Source: an uncultured Nitrososphaerota archaeon (lineage in GTDB: Archaea > Asgardarchaeota > Njordarchaeia > Njordarchaeales > Panguiarchaeaceae). From it: a DNA stretch of 26,614 nucleotides. The DNA is taken from contig CAZWPQ010000016.1 of the NCBI GenBank assembly GCA_964636085.1, positions 1 through 26,614 of the forward strand, written 5' to 3'. The stretch's first letter is position 1. Each line of letters begins with the position of its first letter. Below, one piece after another: positions 18,129 to 25,684 of the stretch. The notes under the pieces are model-generated. The model made no database searches and was not told where the DNA came from. It saw only the letters and a list, made by a program, of their open reading frames with translations. A program made the position numbers and the translations under genes.

Positions 18129-19343
18129 ATGACTATGAGGGGCATTCAAAAGACCCTAAAACATTTGGACAATGTACTTCACTACCCATTTGCTGGCTTA
18201 GATTTCCTACTGGACGAGGATCTTAATCTAGTATTCATTGAAGCTAACTCTGTGCCAGGTGGGCTCTATGTTATGAATTGCACAAATAGACTTCTATGCG
18301 ACTTAGCTCCACAATTACGGTATTATTTACCAGGTATAGACTTTATTGAAGTTTTTGTGGATATGTGTATTTGTTATTATGAATATATTCGTGGCCGAAG
18401 ACCACGTAGGGTCGTGGTTACATCTCCAGTTAATCGGCCACCTCTTCTCATGCCAGAGCGTGCTTCTATAGCTTCCTGCTTCAGAAGACGTGGTATAGAT
18501 TGTATTATAAGTGATAGATCTAAGTATTTTGTGAAATCTAATATGTTGCATGTACGGCTAGGGTCTTTGATCTATACTCCCGATATGATCATTAGGAGAA
18601 ATACTGGGTTTCCAAAGGGACTAAGACAAATCGTTATTAATACCTCGGAGACGGGTCTAATAACGGGTAGTAAGTTTAGGACATATCGTTTTGTCAAGAG
18701 ATACTTGGACTCTATGCCTCAGTATAAGGATATTTTTAGAATGCCACTTACCCATTATGCAAAGAGAGTGAGAAACATTAGAACTATCGCAGAAGATATG
18801 CTGAGAGAGGGAAAAAAAGTAGTAATAAAACCTAATATTGGGGAAGGGGGAAAGAACATATTTTTTGTAGATTCGTTCCATAGATTGGAGCATGTTCTTA
18901 AAAAGATAGATAGAATGAATATCCGTTCTTTCGTTATTCAAGAGATGATAAATACGTATAAAGTAAGGATCAATAGTGAGCTCTATACGTTTGATATCAG
19001 AGCGTATGGTTTATTGGGAGAATTTATAGGAGGCCATATTCGTCTGGCAGGTCGACCAGTAGGGAGGGGGGCCGTGGAAGACTGGGCAATTAGCAACATA
19101 TCTAGAGGCGGAATGTATTTACCCGTCTTTTTTGATGGCTCCTTAAATATCATTAGGTGGAATAATAAACGAAGGATTGTCTATCCCTTTAGACATATTA
19201 TTGTGGATAATCATGCGTTGTGTCTAGATAGGAAAATCCTTGAAAAACTTAGATTAGCAGTTAGGATAATCGTGGAAGCAATTAGTGTAGCAACAAATGG
19301 CTATAGGGGAGCTGATTATGAGACCCAAGAGGATTCACTCTAG
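18129..19343 (+). CDS. Circularly permuted ATP-grasp amidoligase (TTL/YheCD/RimK-like motifs)
   Basis: The normally C-terminal motif FAGLDFLLDEDLNLVFIEANSVPG lies at residues 21-44. It is followed by PDMIIRR, VIKPNIGEGGKNI, FVIQEMI, FDIRAY and ISNISRGG. Confidence 0.85.
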   Translation: MTMRGIQKTLKHLDNVLHYPFAGLDFLLDEDLNLVFIEANSVPGGLYVMNCTNRLLCDLAPQLRYYLPGIDFIEVFVDMCICYYEYIRGRRPRRVVVTSPVNRPPLLMPERASIASCFRRRGIDCIISDRSKYFVKSNMLHVRLGSLIYTPDMIIRRNTGFPKGLRQIVINTSETGLITGSKFRTYRFVKRYLDSMPQYKDIFRMPLTHYAKRVRNIRTIAEDMLREGKKVVIKPNIGEGGKNIFFVDSFHRLEHVLKKIDRMNIRSFVIQEMINTYKVRINSELYTFDIRAYGLLGEFIGGHIRLAGRPVGRGAVEDWAISNISRGGMYLPVFFDGSLNIIRWNNKRRIVYPFRHIIVDNHALCLDRKILEKLRLAVRIIVEAISVATNGYRGADYETQEDSL

Positions 19344-20283
19344 TTGGACACTGATGATCCACATATTGAAGCTATACAAGGACATAAATCATCTGTTACA
19401 AGTACTAAACACAACTGATGGTGTCGAGATAAAACATGTACTTAGAAGAATTATTGGAAGATTGAAAATACTTAACACATTGGGAAGCGATGTCTGCTGG
19501 TATTTTCTGACTTTTCTACCACTGGATATTCTCATTTCTAGTAATGATAAATTTGAGAAAACACGAATTCTTAAACGGGGACTGTTGTTGCTTAGAAATT
19601 CCATAGAAAAAATGATTGTAGGGAGGGCAAGCCATAGATTCCTTAGGAGAAAAGGGATGTATATAAATCTTAGAAACCCTATGACATCACTATGTGTCCC
19701 ATCCAGATTCGAGGATTTTATCCCTGGATATACATATATCCCGGGGAAGAGACCAGTATTACTTACAGCTTCGCATGCCACACCTCCTGGATCCGATATT
19801 AACACAGCAATTCTTTCCAAGAGAATTGCTATGCGTTCTGGTGCACATGCATTGATATCTAAAATCCCCCGACTTTTCATCGACTCCAATAGACTTGTAG
19901 GTAGGATTTTGCCGTTCAGGAGGAAACTAGATGAGCTTCTCGGTTCAAGGCGGATAAAACTTATAATAGACCTACACAGCATGGAAAAGCGTAATAGTAA
20001 CATGGTCGAAATAGGCGTATGGTTTGGTCTTTCTACCACTAGATCCTATATAGAAAGACTAACAAAGATTCTAGACGAATACGACATACCATATGACATT
20101 AGTTACAGATTTTTGGGTGGTGACATTGTTTTCTATCATGCAAATAAACCATTGATAAATGCCATACAACTTGAGATATCTAACTGCGTTAAGGGTAAGG
20201 GTCTTAGACGCCTAAGCAATTGTTTAGTTAATTATATCCGCTCATTGGGTGATATAAATCGCCAAGAGAGATCTGGTAGATAA
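19318..20283 (+). CDS. N-formylglutamate amidohydrolase / gamma-glutamyl-hydrolase-fold Zn peptidase with N-terminal helical extension
   Basis: PVLLTASHA..SDINT, PRLFIDSNR, LIIDLHSM, AIQLEIS. ATG 19318 follows GGGGAG (alternative start 19297). Confidence 0.8.
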   Translation: MRPKRIHSSWTLMIHILKLYKDINHLLQVLNTTDGVEIKHVLRRIIGRLKILNTLGSDVCWYFLTFLPLDILISSNDKFEKTRILKRGLLLLRNSIEKMIVGRASHRFLRRKGMYINLRNPMTSLCVPSRFEDFIPGYTYIPGKRPVLLTASHATPPGSDINTAILSKRIAMRSGAHALISKIPRLFIDSNRLVGRILPFRRKLDELLGSRRIKLIIDLHSMEKRNSNMVEIGVWFGLSTTRSYIERLTKILDEYDIPYDISYRFLGGDIVFYHANKPLINAIQLEISNCVKGKGLRRLSNCLVNYIRSLGDINRQERSGR

Positions 20284-21721
20284 ACTCGTTATAAAGGTTG
20301 GTATAGAGAACGAATTATTTACTCTAAATGAGAAGGGATTTATAATACCTGCATCCAAGATTGTTGTGAAGGAAATCATCAGAGATATTCTCAACAAGGA
20401 GATAGATATAGACAAATTCAAGATGCTTATCTATGGCATCCAGTGGGAGCCCCATCCCGCCCAGCTTGAGATAGTTACCCAACCACTCAACCATATACTC
20501 ATCGAGAAGGCAATAAGACTTGCACGTAGCTACATTGCTAGTGTTGCTATGAGAAGGAAAATAAAGATATATGCAGGAAGCGTACATCCAATACAGTCAT
20601 GCCCATTTCCCATAAATGGTACACATATAAGCGTATCTATATTCCCTAAAAATCGCCGAGGAATGCCCAGAAAATTCCTAACTTACGTGCATAACAACAT
20701 TAGGAGACATATCCCAGAGCTTATAGCATTAACCGCAAACTCACCAATCATAGCTGGAAACTATTCTGGCTATGCGAGTGCAAGACTCGTATATAGTAGA
20801 GTACTAAGGCCCAGCAATTATGCGGTAATAAAGAGGAGTAAAGCAACGATTATACCTAGAGAAAAGAGGGCTCTACTAAAATATGCATTCACTTTTACAG
20901 ATAGGAAAAAATACGAGCATAAAGTCGTTGCTAATGATGTTGGACTTAGGTTTCTAGACGTTACTCCAAGGGGCCCATTTACAAACATAATTGAGGACAG
21001 ATGGGCAAGCCCCCAAGTAAGCCGAGTTGAGACCAGATTTCTTGACAATCCATCCAATGTGGATTATCTCATGGATATAGCCTCTATAATACTTGGTTTA
21101 TCGCTTGAAGCCATAATTATGATGTATAATGGCGAAAAAATTAGTGAACCAAAATACTTGGCCGAGAATAGAAGTAGAGCCATAAAGCATGGAATAAACG
21201 CTATGTTCATACATGATGGGACAGAGATCCCGGCTCGTGAGAGCACCATGGAAATGATTGAACGGGTCTCGGAATATTTAGATTTACTTAACATAAAACT
21301 ACGTACATCCCTAGCCAAAGCGATACCAGAGATAGAATACTATGGGTATCCATCAATAGTATCTGATCATGAAGAAATCATAAAGTACATACTCCAAGGC
21401 AAAAATCTCATGAAGATCGAGTTGCGTGAGTCCCGTTATTTGATCTCAACAAATGGTAAAAAGAAAAGACTTAGAGAGGGCACCACTATTTTTGGCTTGG
21501 TATTTCCGGAATACGACTTTGAGTGGGATGAAGACGAATATAATATCGCGTCTAGGTTTAAGAAAATAGGGATATCATACTGGCTATTATCGCAACATGG
21601 ATATGTGCGACTAAGTCCCGAGGACAAAATCGTATTTGCCACATCACCCATTGGAAGACTCGTTAGATTGTTTAATTATGTATATAAAAACTTATCCACA
21701 GCTTCTTCGGTTAATAATTGA
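20258..21721 (+). CDS. Glutamate-cysteine ligase family 2 (GCS2/YbdK-like) carboxylate-amine ligase
   Basis: KVGIENELF (upstream of the ORF-track start), QLEIVT, GSVHP, NGTHISV, LIALTANSP, YASAR, DVTPR, RVETRFLD, ENRSRAIKHG. Frame is open from ATC 20258, which follows GGTGA. Confidence 0.87.
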   Translation: MAKRDLVDKLVIKVGIENELFTLNEKGFIIPASKIVVKEIIRDILNKEIDIDKFKMLIYGIQWEPHPAQLEIVTQPLNHILIEKAIRLARSYIASVAMRRKIKIYAGSVHPIQSCPFPINGTHISVSIFPKNRRGMPRKFLTYVHNNIRRHIPELIALTANSPIIAGNYSGYASARLVYSRVLRPSNYAVIKRSKATIIPREKRALLKYAFTFTDRKKYEHKVVANDVGLRFLDVTPRGPFTNIIEDRWASPQVSRVETRFLDNPSNVDYLMDIASIILGLSLEAIIMMYNGEKISEPKYLAENRSRAIKHGINAMFIHDGTEIPARESTMEMIERVSEYLDLLNIKLRTSLAKAIPEIEYYGYPSIVSDHEEIIKYILQGKNLMKIELRESRYLISTNGKKKRLREGTTIFGLVFPEYDFEWDEDEYNIASRFKKIGISYWLLSQHGYVRLSPEDKIVFATSPIGRLVRLFNYVYKNLSTASSVNN

Positions 21722-21761
21722 ATAAAATAAAAATTCATTCCACATAAAAATGGGGGGAACA

Positions 21762-22187
21762 ATGCGTATCCTAGATATTGACATTTCCACAGTAGCTATT
21801 GTGGGGGCATCAAGAAATCCAAATAAATGGGGCTACAAAGTATTTAAGATCTTGCTTGAAAAATATCCTGACCTAAAGGCCTATCCGGTGAATCCAAATG
21901 CTGACGCGATATTAGGTGTCAAGGCATTCCCTAACCTAAAATCTCTACCAGAAAAACCTGACATGGTGATAACAGTAGTACCCCCAAAAATCACCGAAAA
22001 AGTCGTCGTCGAAGCTGTCGACCTGGGAGTGAAACTGATATGGATGCAACCTGGCTCTGAGTCCGACAAAGCCATAAGATACGCACAAGACCATGGAGTT
22101 AGGGTTCTACATGGAGTCTGCTTCATCGAGACGTCAAAATCCGAAAACTTTCCAAGATTTAGGGTAGGTTATCTTGGACAACAATAG
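21762..22187 (+). CDS. CoA-binding protein (YccU-like, CoA_binding_2)
   Basis: VAIVGASRNPNKWG, YPVNP, PDMVITVVPP, IWMQPGSES, HGVC. Alternative start at 21750. Confidence 0.92.
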   Translation: MRILDIDISTVAIVGASRNPNKWGYKVFKILLEKYPDLKAYPVNPNADAILGVKAFPNLKSLPEKPDMVITVVPPKITEKVVVEAVDLGVKLIWMQPGSESDKAIRYAQDHGVRVLHGVCFIETSKSENFPRFRVGYLGQQ

Positions 22188-23118
22188 CTCTCTTGTTATC
22201 TACGTAGATGTACAGCCACAAAAAAATAAGTCACTCTCGAACATAGACTTCTTATACACAAGCGAGAAAAAACTCGATGAGACAATAAATCGTGCCTTAT
22301 CCTCAGGCAAATACGGCTCCATTGTGGTCATATATGGGCATTACATTGATACTGACATCATACTCAGACTTATAAAGGAACTAGACAAGAATGACGTTGT
22401 TTATTTGACATCTCCAAAAAAGTTTGGAATTTTATCCAAAGTGATAAACAAGGTTTATAATACTCTAATAAGGCTTTGGTCAAACACACAAACAGATTTT
22501 AATGACATATGCATAGGTGTCTCCTTTAGAACATCATGTATCACAAAAATCCCCCTCAAGATGACGCCGCCCTATCTCCTACATAGCGTACTTGCTCATT
22601 CAAAAAGAGGGGTCAGATTGCTAGCTATACATGCCGATATCCCTAAGATTCGCTTCCCAACATCGAAGTTTATTGGATTCATTAAAAACATTATTAGATT
22701 TGGCAAAATCACGGGAGAGTTCTATCGCTCATTAAAATTCGCAATTGTCGGGATATCAGGGATAATAGTTAACGAGTCAACGCTCTGGCTAATAACCGAA
22801 TACCTACACAAGCACCCCCTTATTTCCTCTATATTTGCTATAGAGTTATCGATTCTATCCAATTTCATATTTAACGATATCTGGACCTTCAGGGATCGCA
22901 GAGAACCTGGGTTTTCACGCACCATTAGTAGATTAGCCAAATACAATGCTATTTCTTGGTCTACGGGAAGCATAAATTGGGTTATTCTCGCAACACTGAA
23001 AGAATTCATGGGGATGTATTATCTAGTAGCCAATCTTTTTGGAATATTTGCTGCGTTTGTGGGAAATCTATTGCTAAGCTCCTTTTGGGCCTGGAAACCA
23101 TACACAAAAAATGTTTAG
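22174..23118 (+). CDS. GtrA-family membrane domain fused to a degenerate GT2 (Dol-P-Man synthase-like) domain
   Basis: C-terminal KFAIVGISGIIVNE...AIELSILSNFIFNDIWTFRD...YYLVANLFGI (GtrA). The N-terminal part follows a GT2 layout but has no DxD motif. Confidence 0.82.
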   Translation: MDNNSSLVIYVDVQPQKNKSLSNIDFLYTSEKKLDETINRALSSGKYGSIVVIYGHYIDTDIILRLIKELDKNDVVYLTSPKKFGILSKVINKVYNTLIRLWSNTQTDFNDICIGVSFRTSCITKIPLKMTPPYLLHSVLAHSKRGVRLLAIHADIPKIRFPTSKFIGFIKNIIRFGKITGEFYRSLKFAIVGISGIIVNESTLWLITEYLHKHPLISSIFAIELSILSNFIFNDIWTFRDRREPGFSRTISRLAKYNAISWSTGSINWVILATLKEFMGMYYLVANLFGIFAAFVGNLLLSSFWAWKPYTKNV

Positions 23119-23124
23119 TACTCC

Positions 23125-23352
23125 CTAGTCTTTTTCGGGATTAAACTGTCGATTACTGAGTTCTGTCTGTATTTTCCCCAGATTTCTCAGCAGCATAACA
23201 GCCTTTATTCTTTCAACACCACTTGCTCCTTGGATATATTTCTCTAATGCCCTCATGCACCTATTTATAATCATCAACGCTTCCCTCTCGTTCCCTTCAC
23301 TCACCAGTTTAAGGGCGGTATTATATTTTTCCTCTATTTCCCCTAGATCCAT
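23125..23352 (-). CDS. Small three-helix protein, MIT/TPR-like (75 aa)
   Basis: ATG preceded by GGGAG. Pattern A.KL..EGN..EAL....R....L then a third amphipathic helix. Confidence 0.6.
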   Translation of the reverse strand: MDLGEIEEKYNTALKLVSEGNEREALMIINRCMRALEKYIQGASGVERIKAVMLLRNLGKIQTELSNRQFNPEKD

Positions 23353-23392
23353 TATTCTCCCTACTATAAATTAGGGTAATCAGCATTTAAGT

Positions 23393-24480
23393 CTATATTC
23401 TACCTATTGTATACTTGTTTAATTTTTCAAGATTTACATAGACTCCTAGGCCGGGACTATCGGATATTACATTGCTTGAGCCAACTAAGCGTATTCCGCT
23501 CGCAATATTATCCGCCAATAATAAATAGCCGTCCAAATCATTATATCCAGCGATAGTGCCAAATTAAGGCCCGCAGATATAGCTATTTGGGTCTCGCTCA
23601 TGCATCCAATTTGACATTGAATACCTGCCGCCTCGCAAAGGTTAGCTATTTTTACTGCATTTCTAATCCCCCCACTCTTCATAAGTTTTATATTAACCAT
23701 GTCTGCTGCTTCTCTTTTGATTATCTCTATAACATCATAGATGGAATGCACGGACTCGTCCGCCATTATTGGGATTTCCGTTTTTCTTCTTACTTCCCTC
23801 ATACCATCTAAATTTCTCCAATGTACTGGTTGTTCACAGAATTCTATCTCTATGGGTTCTAGCATCCTTAGGACGCGGATAGCTTGTTTTACTGTATATC
23901 CTTGATTTGCATCGAGTCTCAATTCGATATCGCTACCGACAGCCCTCCTAATAGCTCTTACCCTCTCGATATCAGCGTGGGGATCTGTACCTATTTTTAT
24001 TTTGAGAATTTCAACTCCTTTTTCTATATACTTGACCGCCTTGTTGACCGCACGATTTGTATCCATAATGCCTATAGTCACAGATGTTCTGAACGAATTT
24101 TTTGATCCACAACCCATCAAACGCCGTAAGGAAACACCATAGCTCTTAGCGACAACATCATGGAGGGCGATATCTATCGCCGCCTTTGCGGCGGGATTTC
24201 CCAGCATAAATTTATCTAAATCATCTAATATCTCGCTGTAGGCCAGGGGGTCGCGACCAATTATAACCTTTCTCAGTCTCGAGATTAGCGCCATCACCGT
24301 CTCTACAGTTTCTCCAGTTATCCTCCTACTTGGAACCCCCTCTCCGTACCCCACTATACCTTCATCCGTCGTTATTTCTAATATAACCCCCTCATGGTAG
24401 ATCGATGAACCCAAGGCTATACGGAATTCTTCTACCAAGGGGATTCTTATGGCATATGCTTTAATATCAACAATTTTCAT
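23393..24480 (-). pseudogene. L-Ala-D/L-Glu (dipeptide) epimerase, enolase superfamily, frameshifted near the 3' end
   Basis: GYGEG, AKAAIDIALHD, LKIKIG, LDANQGY, EQP, MADES, NIKLMKSGG, IGCMSE. The conserved tail DLDGYLLL...PGLGV is in a different frame from about 23540 to the stop at 23393. Confidence 0.8.
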
Positions 24481-24587
24481 TATTTTCCACCAGATACCTA
24501 TTTAACTGTTTTTTATCTTCAATTTTAACATATTATCGATAGAACTATCGTGCTTTACGCAAATACCAACAATGCTTGGTGAATACA

Positions 24588-25181
24588 ATGAGCGAGCCCA
24601 GGAGCCTGGTATCAGTAAAAATTGTACTGATAGGAGACGGAATGGTAGGTAAGACTACTATGGTAAAATCCTTTTTGATGGGAAAGGCTATTGCCGACAC
24701 ATCGTATCGACGTACTATTGGTGCTGATATATTCATAAAGGAGGCAATATACACAATAGAACCTCTAGGAGATCTAAAATTTAAATGGCTTATTTGGGAT
24801 CTTGCTGGACAACCCATCTTTAGGGAGGTTCGAGGTGAATATTATCGAGGCGCCCAAGCAGGCATTGCTGTCTTTGATGTTTCTAGACCAGATACATTTA
24901 AAAATATCCCATACTGGATATCCGAGTTCTTTAAGCATAGTGGAGGGCCAAAACCAATAGTCCTTGTTGGGAATAAGGTCGACTTGAGAGACAAAATCCC
25001 ATGCCTTCCTCCCGAGCAAGGGCAAAATTATGCTGAGCGTCTTTCACAGGCAACGGGTTTACCAGTTTCATATCTAGAGGCTAGCGCATTACATAATATT
25101 AATGTGGAGATTGTATTTGAGAAATTGGCAGAAACCATAATCCGTAGCTATATTAAGAAGAAAAAACAACAACCTGCTTGA
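24588..25181 (+). CDS. Ras-superfamily (Rab-like) small GTPase
   Basis: G1 GDGMVGKT, G2 TIGADI, G3 WDLAGQ, YYRGA, G4 NKVD, G5 EASA. ATG 24588 follows GGTGA. Confidence 0.95.
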   Translation: MSEPRSLVSVKIVLIGDGMVGKTTMVKSFLMGKAIADTSYRRTIGADIFIKEAIYTIEPLGDLKFKWLIWDLAGQPIFREVRGEYYRGAQAGIAVFDVSRPDTFKNIPYWISEFFKHSGGPKPIVLVGNKVDLRDKIPCLPPEQGQNYAERLSQATGLPVSYLEASALHNINVEIVFEKLAETIIRSYIKKKKQQPA

Positions 25182-25226
25182 TCTTATGCTTATGCCTCTT
25201 TTTTAACAAAACCATGGTGATACTAT

Positions 25227-25679
25227 ATGGACGATATATTCTCTGACATCTTTGGGTCGAATCAATTTAACCCGACGAAGATAGCGTTATCACGCACCAC
25301 CCTTAGGAAGCTGAGAAACCTAGGCATACGTAACATCTGCTTTACCGATCATGATGAAGCCGTTGGGCCATACCTAAAATTTTATCTCAATAGGAAGTCC
25401 ATATTTTTTAGACAACTTGAAAATAACCCAGCATTTCTTGCAGATCTATTGATCCTATCTAAAGACATGAAGGAGATCTTACTGAAGGACGAGAGATCAC
25501 TAGTGTTATTCGGATCCCTTGACAAGACAGGTCTTAGACTTATACTTGTAGAAACTACAAAGGAATTTAAGGACTCATCCTTGGCCTTCATTGATAACCT
25601 CGTTGAAAGGCTAAGGGGTAAGGATCTAACATTAGAGGCTATAGAAAATGCGATAGAAGATGTTTTGCAACTGTTGTGA
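25227..25679 (+). CDS. Hypothetical protein, possible longin/uDENN-like domain
   Basis: GGTGA SD. IRNICFTDHDEAVGPYLKFY beta-hairpin with GP motif, then helix, strands and two helices. Confidence 0.6.
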   Translation: MDDIFSDIFGSNQFNPTKIALSRTTLRKLRNLGIRNICFTDHDEAVGPYLKFYLNRKSIFFRQLENNPAFLADLLILSKDMKEILLKDERSLVLFGSLDKTGLRLILVETTKEFKDSSLAFIDNLVERLRGKDLTLEAIENAIEDVLQLL

Positions 25680-25684
25680 TTATT

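Noticed and set aside
16450-19343. Idea that the ATP-grasp gene is the missing ACD beta subunit for acdA
   Set aside because: Its motifs are peptide-ligase type (ExNxxPG, FDIR, NISRGG), not ACD-beta (HKSD/HKTE, GPxxxFGxGG). A T-run and a separate TATA box lie between the genes.
19389-20039. 216-aa - strand ORF
   Set aside because: Antisense to the FGase-fold gene, with Ser/Ile-rich shadow composition.
23530-23550. Programmed ribosomal frameshift in the epimerase
   Set aside because: No slippery heptamer or obvious stimulatory structure, and residues appear to be missing, which fits a deletion better.
24545-24817. 90-aa - strand ORF and other short (<130 aa) ORFs nested in assigned genes
   Set aside because: They overlap well-supported genes on the opposite strand or in another frame and lack SD sites or motifs.
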